From Spirochaetia bacterium (GTDB lineage Bacteria > Spirochaetota > Spirochaetia > UBA9216): DNA of 64,000 nucleotides. This document shows positions 54,013 through 63,155 of this stretch, piece after piece. Below the pieces are notes generated by a model. That model did no database searches. It saw only the letters and a list, made by a program, of their open reading frames with translations, and was not told the DNA's origin. The stretch lies in assembly GCA_963675665.1 (NCBI GenBank), contig OY776510.1, positions 1,088,001 through 1,152,000 of the forward strand, in the 5' to 3' direction. A program made the position numbers and the translations under genes. Each line of letters begins with the position of its first letter. Position 1 is the first letter of the stretch.

Positions 54013-55227
54013 TTAGTTTTCGGCGAACCTCATTGCTTCCAGGGCGAAGATTTTTTCCTCGTCGGTAGGTATTACCCAGGCTTTTAATCCGGGAATTGTT
54101 CCGCTTTCGGCGACAATGCATTCTTCGCTGCGGGTTGCGTTTGCCGTTTCATCTACTTTCCATTTATACAGCTTCATGAAATCGAAAACCCTGCTTCTGA
54201 AGTATCCTTCATTTTCTCCGATTCCGCCGGTGAAGACTATTCCCTTCGGATTTTCCATTGTTCCGAGATAACTGCAGAAATACTTTGCAGTACGGTATGC
54301 GGCAATATCTACCACAAGTCCTGCTTCTTTATTGCCTTCAACAGCGGCCTGGCGGATGAAATGCATTTCCTTGATGCCCTTGCCGTAAAGACCGTAAAGC
54401 CCGGATTCCTTGTTTAGAATTCGTACTATTTCCCTGATGTCGGTTTTCAGATTATTGGCCATCAATTCCAGAACGCCGGGATCCAGATCGCCGCTTCGGG
54501 TGCCCATAACAAGCCCCTCAAGCGGTGTTGTTCCCATTGTGGTGTCTGCGCCTGTGCCGCCGACGACCTTTGCCATTGAACAGCCGTTTCCAAGATGGGC
54601 AATTACAAGATTATTTTCGGGTTCATTGAGATTGTTAAGTTCGGCGAATCTTCTTGTAATGAAGGTATATGATGCGCCGTGAAAGCCGTAACGCATAATA
54701 TTGAAATTATCGATCCATTCTTTGGGAACGGCATAGTATCTGGCATATTCAGGCATGCGCGCGTGAAACTGGGTGTCGAAAATACCGGCATTGGGGACCT
54801 TTCCGAATACCGGATCGGCAAGTGCCGCCTGGACAATCTGCAGGTTTGCCGGGTTGTGAAGGGGCGCCAGTGCTGAAAATTCTTTCAGGTAGCCCGTAAT
54901 CCTGCCTTCGGGGCCGTCTATCAGTACTGTATCCTTGATTGCTGGTCCGCCGTGAACGCAGCGATGTCCTGCCGCTACAATATTCAAGCCCGGAAACTGG
55001 TCGGCAATTATCTCTGTTACAGCATGCAGTGCGGATTTATGATCCTTCATGGCCATCTGCAGGACTTCCTTTTTTCCGTCTACCTTTACGTCAATATATC
55101 CTTCGGCTGTGCCGAGGCCCTGACAGTTAAAATCGACAACGGATTCAACGTTGTTTCCTTCAACCTTCTTCACGGCAACCTTTATGGATGAGCTTCCCCC
55201 GTTGAAACAGATTACGTGTTTGTCCAT
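54013..55227 (-). CDS. ackA: Acetate/propionate kinase
   Basis: NGGSSSIK, GHRCVHGG, APLHNP, RYGFHG, HLGNG, TPLEGLVMGTRSGDLDP, FTGGIGEN. Confidence 0.93.
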   Translation of the reverse strand: MDKHVICFNGGSSSIKVAVKKVEGNNVESVVDFNCQGLGTAEGYIDVKVDGKKEVLQMAMKDHKSALHAVTEIIADQFPGLNIVAAGHRCVHGGPAIKDTVLIDGPEGRITGYLKEFSALAPLHNPANLQIVQAALADPVFGKVPNAGIFDTQFHARMPEYARYYAVPKEWIDNFNIMRYGFHGASYTFITRRFAELNNLNEPENNLVIAHLGNGCSMAKVVGGTGADTTMGTTPLEGLVMGTRSGDLDPGVLELMANNLKTDIREIVRILNKESGLYGLYGKGIKEMHFIRQAAVEGNKEAGLVVDIAAYRTAKYFCSYLGTMENPKGIVFTGGIGENEGYFRSRVFDFMKLYKWKVDETANATRSEECIVAESGTIPGLKAWVIPTDEEKIFALEAMRFAEN

Positions 55228-55517
55228 ATTTTCTTTATCTCCTCTTTTCCATGATATCCGCCATGCATTTCCACCTTGCCGTTGACTACAAGCGCGGGTG
55301 TGAATCTCTGTTCCGGATTCTCTGCAGCGATTTTATGGCAACCGGGACAGTAACCCATAAGGCATCCCTGGTGTACGCCAAATTTTTCAATTTCCGTAAT
55401 GTCTGTTATTTTTCTTATTGTAAATTCAATCCTGGATTCTTCTGCGGCTTCAATTACGAGATCCATATACTGATCGCTGACCGCACAATCTGACCCGAGC
55501 ACAATTAATTCCAACAT
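55212..55517 (-). CDS. Small thioredoxin-like protein (MTH895/Thioredoxin_3-like)
   Basis: IVLGSDC...KITDITEIEKFGV...TPALVVNGKV; internal CLMGYCPGC insert. Confidence 0.7.
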   Translation of the reverse strand: MLELIVLGSDCAVSDQYMDLVIEAAEESRIEFTIRKITDITEIEKFGVHQGCLMGYCPGCHKIAAENPEQRFTPALVVNGKVEMHGGYHGKEEIKKIWTNT

Positions 55518-55598
55518 CGGAATCAGGATAACACAGATTTCAGGATGTTAACAGGGCGAATCCGACCGGTTCAAAATTGCCGGAGTGTGTGCGGATTT

Positions 55599-56111
55599 CT
55601 ACTCAAAACCTTTTGGTTTTCCCAGTATTTCCGCCCATATAACGGCTTTCTGCAGTTCCGGAAGGCTCTTCAGACGCTTTAATGACCTTGCAGAAGAATC
55701 AGCTTTCTGCGGTTGCTTTATTTTTTCCACGTACTCGTCCAGACTGCCCTCCGAAACAGGTTGGGCCGGTTCGAAGGGGGCGGCTGTCTTCCCGAGAGGC
55801 GGTGCTTCGGCTACAGGCTTTGCTCCGGCGTTGGCTGCAAATGAAGAGCGGTCGAAAACCTTCTTCTTGTTTACAGGCGGGGTTTCCCGCAATGGACTTT
55901 TTTTTCGATTGCCCTTCCGGTTTTTCTCACGGAGTGGTCGGGTAACGGATCCCGCAGCTTCATTTTGCCTGTTTTCCTCTGCGTCAGCGGGCGGAATAGT
56001 ATTCAGCGGTTTGGGACGGTTTTTTTTGCCTGCAGCCTTTGCGATCCGCGCAACGAATAAAATAATCATTAAAAGAGGAACAAAAGAAAATATCGTCTCT
56101 AAAAAATCCAA
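55599..56111 (-). CDS. Hypothetical membrane-anchored protein (YqfB-like position in the floA operon)
   Basis: N-terminal TM, low-complexity linker, C-terminal LQKAVIWAEILGKPKG. Confidence 0.72.
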   Translation of the reverse strand: MDFLETIFSFVPLLMIILFVARIAKAAGKKNRPKPLNTIPPADAEENRQNEAAGSVTRPLREKNRKGNRKKSPLRETPPVNKKKVFDRSSFAANAGAKPVAEAPPLGKTAAPFEPAQPVSEGSLDEYVEKIKQPQKADSSARSLKRLKSLPELQKAVIWAEILGKPKGFE

Positions 56112-56134
56112 GAAACTACTCCCTGCCTGTACGG

Positions 56135-57127
56135 CTAATCCTCTTTTTCAATTTCCTTGCCTTCTGCGCCGATACTGCGGCGCATGTCGGTATCCGCCTG
56201 GATGTTTCTAAGTTTGTAATAATCCATAATTCCGAGGTTTCCTTTTTCGAAGGCGCCGGCTATTGCTTTTGGAATTTCCGCTTCGGCCAGAACAACCTTC
56301 GCCCTGTTTTCCTCAACAAGCGCTGACATTTCCTGTTCCCTGGCCCGTGCGGCTGCCCGGCGCTGTTCGGCAACAGCCTGGAAACGGCGTTTGTCGGCTT
56401 CAGCCTGGTCCGCCTGAAGCTTGGCCCCGATATTGTCTCCGACATCAACGTCGGCAATATCAATGGAGAGAATTTCGAAGGCGGTTCCGGCATCAAGCCC
56501 TTTCTGAAGCACGGTTTTGGAAATATTGTCCGGGTTTTCAAGAACGTGCTTATAGGTTTCGGCGCTGCCGATAGTGGTAACAATACCCTCGCCGACGCGC
56601 GCTATTATGGTTTCTTCTGTGGCGCCGCCGACCAGCCGTTCAATGTTGGCCCTGACGGTAACCCGGGCTTTCGCCCTGAGCTGTATTCCGTCTTTTGCCA
56701 CGGCATCTATTGTCGTTCTGCCTTTTTCAGGATCGGGACAGTCTATAACTTTCGGGTTAACGCTTGTTTTAACTGCATCCAGTACATCCCGTCCGGCAAG
56801 ATCGATTGCAGCCGCGCGTTTGAAATCAAGAGGAATATTGGCTTTATTGGCGGCAATCAATGCCTTGCTGACGCGGATGACGTCGCCGCTTGCCAGAAAG
56901 TGGGTTTCAAGAAGATCGGAGTCTACGGAAATGCCAGCCTTGGTAAGCATTATACGACTGTCGACTATAACACGGGATTTTACTTTACGAATCCACATTC
57001 CAATCAGTCTGCCGATCGAGATATGAGCTCCCGACAGCAATGCCCTGAACCACAATCCGAAAAACTTGAGAAAGATAGCAATAATTGCAAGCGCAATAAT
57101 CCCCAAAATAATATAAATAATAAACAT
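56135..57127 (-). CDS. floA: Flotillin-like protein FloA (YqfA)
   Basis: [55 protein letters not shown]. Confidence 0.93.
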   Translation of the reverse strand: MFIIYIILGIIALAIIAIFLKFFGLWFRALLSGAHISIGRLIGMWIRKVKSRVIVDSRIMLTKAGISVDSDLLETHFLASGDVIRVSKALIAANKANIPLDFKRAAAIDLAGRDVLDAVKTSVNPKVIDCPDPEKGRTTIDAVAKDGIQLRAKARVTVRANIERLVGGATEETIIARVGEGIVTTIGSAETYKHVLENPDNISKTVLQKGLDAGTAFEILSIDIADVDVGDNIGAKLQADQAEADKRRFQAVAEQRRAAARAREQEMSALVEENRAKVVLAEAEIPKAIAGAFEKGNLGIMDYYKLRNIQADTDMRRSIGAEGKEIEKED

Positions 57128-57131
57128 CCTG

Positions 57132-57605
57132 TTATACCTCCGCTACCGTAATTTTGCTGCCTTCGGTTTTAACGACACAGATTTCTTTTTCTTTTTTAAT
57201 ATATTCACCGCCGGTTACGACGCTGTATTTTTTATCATCGATAACAGCGATTCCCGAGGGTCTTAGATCTGTAACCGCAGTACCTGTTTTTCCGGCAATT
57301 ACCGAATAGTCAAATGCAGTCGATTCAAAACCCTCGGCTTTATCAAAATTACGATGAAGAATCAACTTTTTACCAATCAGTGTTTTGGGGAAAATTCTGA
57401 AAAAAATAATTATCATTACGGGAACAATAATCAGTGATGCCGTAAGAAAAACCGAACCGGCAAGTTTGCTGAAGTTGAATGCAGTGATTATACTTCCGAT
57501 TATACTGCCCGCACCGATTATACCGATCAGGCCGAATGAGGGAATAAAAAACTCAAGAAGTATGGCGGCTATGCCGGTTATAAGTAAAACAACAGCTAAT
57601 ACCAT
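57132..57605 (-). CDS. Short NfeD family protein (TM + OB fold)
   Basis: LEFFIPSFG; [14 protein letters not shown]. Confidence 0.85.
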   Translation of the reverse strand: MVLAVVLLITGIAAILLEFFIPSFGLIGIIGAGSIIGSIITAFNFSKLAGSVFLTASLIIVPVMIIIFFRIFPKTLIGKKLILHRNFDKAEGFESTAFDYSVIAGKTGTAVTDLRPSGIAVIDDKKYSVVTGGEYIKKEKEICVVKTEGSKITVAEV

Positions 57606-57606
57606 A

Positions 57607-59079
57607 CTACACCTTCTCCGTCAGTTTTTTTACGATAATACGGTTTGAATCAGCCCCGGTAATTACCACCGGGGTTCCTGCTTCAAGAAAATCTCCGTCT
57701 GTTTCAACAACAACCGTTTCTCCGCTGAAAACAGCTTTTCCGGCCGGCCTCAGGGTTGTAACAGCTTTGCCGGTGCTGCCGATTCTGGTTCCGGCTGTTT
57801 CGGGCTGCTGCATGGTATAGCCGTCCGCAGGCAGCTGGCGTGTCTGCAGGATCAGTCGGTTAAGAAAACCTACTCTGGGAAACAGCTGAATTATTACTGC
57901 GATAAAAATAATTGAACCGAAAACCCCTGTGCCCACTGTTAAGAGGTTCTTTTTCAGAATTTCAGTCTGCCACTCGAATTCCGGCAGAACAAAACCCTGC
58001 CGGGACAGCAGCAGTGAAGCTGCAATAAGAAGAATTCCCGAAATTCCGGCAGCGCCGAAACCCGGAATAAGAAATATCTCTACAACAAGCAGAACAATCC
58101 CGGCAATAAACAGAAGGATTTCCAGTGAACCGACATATCCGAGCATTCCGTTCGATATAAATATTACGGCAAAAATGATTATTGCGAGAGTTCCGGGAAT
58201 TCCGAACCCCGGGCTTGTAATCTCCATGTAAAGGGCGCCGAGGCCGAGGATTATAAGGATTGTCGTAAGCGCGCTTCCGGTAATTATGGTGATAAGGGTG
58301 TCGGGGCCCGACTCTTCCGCTTCCGTAACGTCCGGATTTTCAAGTTCAAGCATGGCAAACAGCTGTTCGCGGTCTTCCGGGTTGCCGGAACTTATTCCGT
58401 ATCTGAGCATCTCATTCGAAGTCAGAGTGAGAAGTTTGCCTTCGGCTGAGACCGTTCGTCCTTTTTTAAAAGTTCCGCCGGCGGCTTCTGTTTCTTCCTT
58501 CAGCAGATCAAGTTCGGCGGCGGAAGAGAGCATAATCCTGTCGTTAATTTCAACTTCTACAAGTTCGATATCCGAATCAACCATTGCAAGCGCAGCGTCC
58601 TTCGGGTACCCGTTTTTTTCTGCCAGTGCCGCCATCTGGGCTCTAACCGCGCTTACAGTTTTTTCTTCTGCAGCCTGCATGCCTTCCGTACTCTGATATA
58701 CCGGAGCAGCTGCGCCCATGGAAGTCCCCGGCGCCATGAATATCCGGTTGCAGGAGAAGCTTATCAGCGCTCCGGCAGACCAGCTCACCCCGGTTGATTC
58801 AGGAATGGCCGGGATAAAGGCGATTGTTTCGGCTTTGGCGCTTCCTATAAGGGTTGCTATCTGCAGTGCAGAATCAACCCGGCCTCCGAAAGTATTTATC
58901 TCAAAAATAATTGTCCTTGAATCAGCGGCATCAGCCGCAGCAAGGCTTCTTCTGATAAAAACAGTGAGCGCGCGGTCAATATCGCCGTTTACAGGAATTA
59001 TATATACTCCGTGTTCTTCCGCGAACGCCGGAGAGACAGCGGCTAAAAGTAGAAATATTATTAAAACGTTTTTTAACAT
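57607..59079 (-). CDS. Long NfeD/YqeZ protein with ClpP-like protease domain
   Basis: INTFGGRVD, WSAGALI, MGAAAP, EKTVS; VEIFLIPGFG; TTLRPAG. Confidence 0.88.
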   Translation of the reverse strand: MLKNVLIIFLLLAAVSPAFAEEHGVYIIPVNGDIDRALTVFIRRSLAAADAADSRTIIFEINTFGGRVDSALQIATLIGSAKAETIAFIPAIPESTGVSWSAGALISFSCNRIFMAPGTSMGAAAPVYQSTEGMQAAEEKTVSAVRAQMAALAEKNGYPKDAALAMVDSDIELVEVEINDRIMLSSAAELDLLKEETEAAGGTFKKGRTVSAEGKLLTLTSNEMLRYGISSGNPEDREQLFAMLELENPDVTEAEESGPDTLITIITGSALTTILIILGLGALYMEITSPGFGIPGTLAIIIFAVIFISNGMLGYVGSLEILLFIAGIVLLVVEIFLIPGFGAAGISGILLIAASLLLSRQGFVLPEFEWQTEILKKNLLTVGTGVFGSIIFIAVIIQLFPRVGFLNRLILQTRQLPADGYTMQQPETAGTRIGSTGKAVTTLRPAGKAVFSGETVVVETDGDFLEAGTPVVITGADSNRIIVKKLTEKV

Positions 59080-59157
59080 ATTTTAAATTTCTACCCCTTT
59101 GGCGGGAAAGTCAAGTGAGACGTTGCAGAAATTACTACAATCCCGCCGCTTAAGGTT

Positions 59158-60519
59158 TTATTTAAGAAAAGACGCCAGCCCCAGGGCCATGTCGATTCCG
59201 ACTTCTTCAGCGGATTCAGACGCAAGCTGCTGGGCCGATAATACGCTTTCCTCATATGTATCAATGAGAAGTTTGTCTTCCCAGGTCAAAGCCTCTTCGT
59301 TTCCGCTCCATTCGGCCCATTCGCTGCTGTCTTCGGTCAGAATGTTTAATGTGTCGCTTTTCAGAATTGTTCCAGTCTCGACATCTATTGCCCTGTACGA
59401 AACAGTCACCTCGAATTCAATCGATTTTCGGTATATGAAAATATCAGCTTCAATTTCCCTTGTACCGTACACTGTTTCTTCTGCGGATGAGGAATCGGAA
59501 TCAGCGTCTTTATAATACGGATCAGTTTCGGAATCCTTGTAATAACCGAGGCTCTCGGAGTTTTCATTTTTATAATAACCGGAAGACTGTTCGGAGGTTT
59601 CTTCCACTGTGATTTCAGCTGTTCTGTGGTACTGGTTCATTGATGTTTCAGGACCCTCGAGCCGCGCCGAGTCGATAGTGCCTGTGATAAGGATATTTGA
59701 ATTAAGCAGCTGGCCAATTTCAACCCTCGATTCATCATTCATCATCGCATTAAGGGATCCCAACTGTTCTTCAATCAGTTGCTGTTGCATGTTTCGATCA
59801 ATTATTTTTGTAAATTTCATTACGGAAGGATCACTCATCAGTTCAGAAATGGCGGTGTTCAGCATGATGTCTGAAAACTGGGCGGTAGGAATGTTCCATG
59901 CGTTATTTACAAAAGGCAGAAAGGCCAGGATCTGGGTTCCGGCTTCAAGGGCCTGTGACGCCCTGGTTTCAGCATCCTTGTAACCCGGAACATACGACAG
60001 GGCTTTTTCAAATTCCATGGCAGCTGCTTTGGCGTTTTCCCTGCCGCTCAGTTTCTGGAACCGAAGTCCTTCAAGATAATGATCTTCAGCTGCAAGTTCC
60101 AGGGCGGCATCAAGCTCCATGGTGTAATCTGTATATGTAAAACTGATTCCCATTTTGGTTTTAGGATTGATAAGCGGGGGAAGGGTTCTTACCGCTTCGT
60201 TTATATCCTTCAGGTATCCGTAAAACCTGGCAATGTCGTCGTTTGCGAAAGTTTCGCTTCCGGCCCTCTTTTCGTCGATTTTAAGCGCATAGTAACTGTT
60301 TGCCCGAGGGTATATATCTATCAGAAATTCAATTGCCTTTTTGTATTCATTGTCTATTCGAACGGATTCTACTACACTGAGAACTGCAGCGTGATAATTT
60401 CCTCTTTTATCAGCCTGTTTGGCGTCAGACAGGAGGTTTCCTTCTCTGGTAAAAAGTGATTTACAGCCGGTAAAGATGACCGCAGCAGCTATAATTATCA
60501 GTAAAAGTTTTTTCTTCAT
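59158..60519 (-). CDS. Lipoprotein with TPR-like and CsgG/TolB-N-like domains
   Basis: Lipobox FTGC; FEKALSYVPGYKDA; LAFLPF...IIDR...EQ...VEIGQLL...ILITG. Confidence 0.72.
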   Translation of the reverse strand: MKKKLLLIIIAAAVIFTGCKSLFTREGNLLSDAKQADKRGNYHAAVLSVVESVRIDNEYKKAIEFLIDIYPRANSYYALKIDEKRAGSETFANDDIARFYGYLKDINEAVRTLPPLINPKTKMGISFTYTDYTMELDAALELAAEDHYLEGLRFQKLSGRENAKAAAMEFEKALSYVPGYKDAETRASQALEAGTQILAFLPFVNNAWNIPTAQFSDIMLNTAISELMSDPSVMKFTKIIDRNMQQQLIEEQLGSLNAMMNDESRVEIGQLLNSNILITGTIDSARLEGPETSMNQYHRTAEITVEETSEQSSGYYKNENSESLGYYKDSETDPYYKDADSDSSSAEETVYGTREIEADIFIYRKSIEFEVTVSYRAIDVETGTILKSDTLNILTEDSSEWAEWSGNEEALTWEDKLLIDTYEESVLSAQQLASESAEEVGIDMALGLASFLK

Positions 60520-60565
60520 GGTTTTCTCCTATAAAAACTTTATGCCATGAGGGCAGGTTAGGGGG

Positions 60566-60650
60566 TGAAGTTTGATGAGCAACGCTTGTCAAACTTCAAA
60601 AAGATAAAAGAACAAAAGTACGAAGTACTTTAGAAGTTTCTTTTATCTTT
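60566..60650. repeat. Two-hairpin intergenic element, copy 2
   Basis: TGAAGTTTGATGAGC-AAC-GCTTGTCAAACTTCA, then AAAGATAAAAGAA...TTCTTTTATCTTT. Confidence 0.75.
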
Positions 60651-60773
60651 CCTCCTCTTTCTTTAAGACTATCCAATTTTCGGCTTCGGCGCAACTAAAA
60701 TTAATTTATGTATATCCCCGGAAGTAATGAACAGGCCTGTATTCAGTTTTCGGATACCGCTGTATAATAAAGA

Positions 60774-61619
60774 ATGGAAATTGGAAAATACAACCGTGGG
60801 AAAATTGTCCTTCTAACTGAAAAAGCATGCTTTATCGATCTGGGTGGAGAAAAGGATGTTTTTTTGCCTCCCTATGAGGCTCCGGATGGCGCAAAAACCG
60901 GGGATGAAATAGAAGTTTTCGTTTATAATACTTCAGCTGATGAATTCCGGGCCACAACAGTCAGGCCGTATGCCCGGCTGGGAGAATTCGCTTCCCTTGA
61001 AGTGACAGAAGTTACCTCATTCGGTATGTTTCTCAACTGGGGGCTGCAGAAAGATCTTTTTGTTCCGACGAGGAATATTCGTACAGAACTGAAGCCGGGT
61101 GATATGGCGGTAGTTAAAATAGTAACCGACTATGCCGGCAAAGGCGTTATCGGCACCAGCCGGTTTGATGATCTGTTTGAAAAACTGCCCGATGATGCAG
61201 CTGAAAAAATGACGCCGAACCGAAAAGTGGATCTTATAATCTACGGTTTTTCACGGCTGGGCGTGCGGGTGATTGTGGACGGAAAATATTCGGGAATGCT
61301 GTACGGGAACGAGGTTTTCGAAAAACTGCGGATCGGCGATCTGCATACCGGTTATATCAAGAAAGTCCGAGAGGACGGACTTATAGACGCGGCCCTTCAG
61401 CCTCAGGGGTTCAGGGCGGCAACAAGCGATGCCAGGCGGGTGATTCTTGATGCTCTTGAAGGCGCAGGAGGGTTTCTTCCTCTTAATGATAAAACCGGTG
61501 CAGACAAGATCAAAGAAAGCCTTCTGATGAGTAAAAAGGTATTCAAAAAAACTATCGGCGGGCTTTACAGGGAAAAGAAAATAATCATTGAAGATAAAGG
61601 AATAAGGCTATTGCGTTAG
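60774..61619 (+). CDS. CvfB-family S1 RNA-binding protein
   Basis: EIGKYN...VFLP...VFVY; FLNWGLQKDLFVP; C-terminal winged helix MSKKVFKKTIGGLY. Confidence 0.9.
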   Translation: MEIGKYNRGKIVLLTEKACFIDLGGEKDVFLPPYEAPDGAKTGDEIEVFVYNTSADEFRATTVRPYARLGEFASLEVTEVTSFGMFLNWGLQKDLFVPTRNIRTELKPGDMAVVKIVTDYAGKGVIGTSRFDDLFEKLPDDAAEKMTPNRKVDLIIYGFSRLGVRVIVDGKYSGMLYGNEVFEKLRIGDLHTGYIKKVREDGLIDAALQPQGFRAATSDARRVILDALEGAGGFLPLNDKTGADKIKESLLMSKKVFKKTIGGLYREKKIIIEDKGIRLLR

Positions 61620-61646
61620 TTCTGCATTTTCAATATCTTCTTTAAT

Positions 61647-62438
61647 ATGAATCAGGACCAGATAAAAGATATACTTCTGCAGATCAACGATGATGTGGAG
61701 GAGTTTTTTGTTATTTTCTCGGGAAAATCAAGCAAAAAGGTAAACGGGCTGTATCATCCGGACAGCCGTGAGATAATAATACACAATAAAAATTTTCAAA
61801 ATGATCAGCTGCTTCTTTATACAGCAATCCATGAGTTTGCGCATCATGTACATATAACGCAATCTCCGATTCCTGTAGGTTCCAGGGCGCACACAATTGA
61901 GTTCAGACGAATTTTTCATGAACTTTTAAATGTTGCAGAGCAGAAAGGTTTTATCAGGAATGTTTTTGAAGCTGATCAGGATTTTGCCGTTCTTACCGAA
62001 GCGATAAAAAAGAATATGATAGGGCCCCAGGGCGAACTTGCCCGGAAACTGGGCGAGGCTTTTATGCAGGCGCAGGCTCTTTGCGAGAAAAAAGGATACC
62101 GCTTTGAAGATTATATTGAGCGGGTTCTCCAGTTTGATACTTCAACTGCGCGTACCCTGATGAAAGCGAATAATTACGATCTTCCTTCGACATTAGGTTA
62201 TGAAAACATGAAGCTTATTGCCGCTGTAGCCGATGACGACAGCCGCGAGCAGATTCAGAGCAGCCTTATGAGCGGCAACAGCCGCGATACCGCCAAGTTT
62301 TCAATAAAAAAGCCGGAAGATCAGGACCCTGTTACAAAACTGCTTAAAGAAAAAAAACGGATTGAAAAGACAATAGACAGTCTTACTAAAAAACTTGAGC
62401 AGGTTAAAATTAACCTCGAGAAGATGGACCAGGTTTAA
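61647..62438 (+). CDS. Hypothetical protein with HExxH metallopeptidase-like N-terminus and coiled-coil C-terminus
   Basis: VNGLY...IIIH...TAIHEFAHH...AH. Confidence 0.7.
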   Translation: MNQDQIKDILLQINDDVEEFFVIFSGKSSKKVNGLYHPDSREIIIHNKNFQNDQLLLYTAIHEFAHHVHITQSPIPVGSRAHTIEFRRIFHELLNVAEQKGFIRNVFEADQDFAVLTEAIKKNMIGPQGELARKLGEAFMQAQALCEKKGYRFEDYIERVLQFDTSTARTLMKANNYDLPSTLGYENMKLIAAVADDDSREQIQSSLMSGNSRDTAKFSIKKPEDQDPVTKLLKEKKRIEKTIDSLTKKLEQVKINLEKMDQV

Positions 62439-62479
62439 AGTTATAAATGTGATATCTTTGGTCTCGGAGGTGTTACCTT

Positions 62480-63148
62480 ATGAAAAAAAGTTTTTTACTG
62501 TTATTTATTATTGTTGTCCTGTTCTTTTATGGATGCGGAGATTCAGATGATCCCGCTGATTATTCCGGAGAATACAACGGTTCCATGCTCTATGACGGGG
62601 AATTCTGCGGGGTTTGGTATGCAGTTGTCGGAACTGATCAATCGGTAGATCTGGAAGCTGAGGACGGGATTCTTCGCACTTTCAAAGGATCTGTTTTTTC
62701 TTCCGGTCGGGTCAGCGTAACAGGCTGCGATGAAACTGCAACAACAGGCAGCGGCAACTGCACAATTGAAAACAATTATGTTTCAGGATCACTGGATACT
62801 GACGGGTTTGATATTGATCTTGAAGGGAAATTTCTCGATACAGATGCTGATTACTCCGGAACAAGGTATGAGGAAACAGAAGAAGGTTATTACTATAAAT
62901 ATGTTATAGGCAGCGACAACAGTTATGCTGTTTATGACTACCTGGAAGCTGAAGAGGTATATAACACTACCCCGATAGATGAGGGTGATTTCACTATTAG
63001 CGGATGCAGAATTAACCTTATGCCGGATAACGGAGTGACGGAATCCGGGTTGGTTTACCTTACAGATGATGACATTTTTCTTATTGCGCTTGAAGGGCTT
63101 TCTCCGGTTATGAGCCTTTGCAGGACTGATCCGGCTGCAGGCAACTGA
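62480..63148 (+). CDS. Acidic hypothetical lipoprotein
   Basis: GGAGG RBS; lipobox FYGC; Asp/Glu/Tyr-rich. Confidence 0.72.
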   Translation: MKKSFLLLFIIVVLFFYGCGDSDDPADYSGEYNGSMLYDGEFCGVWYAVVGTDQSVDLEAEDGILRTFKGSVFSSGRVSVTGCDETATTGSGNCTIENNYVSGSLDTDGFDIDLEGKFLDTDADYSGTRYEETEEGYYYKYVIGSDNSYAVYDYLEAEEVYNTTPIDEGDFTISGCRINLMPDNGVTESGLVYLTDDDIFLIALEGLSPVMSLCRTDPAAGN

Positions 63149-63155
63149 TATTATT

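Noticed and set aside
28693-60650. Hairpin repeats as a CRISPR array
   Set aside because: Only two non-identical copies 32 kb apart, with no spacers and no cas genes
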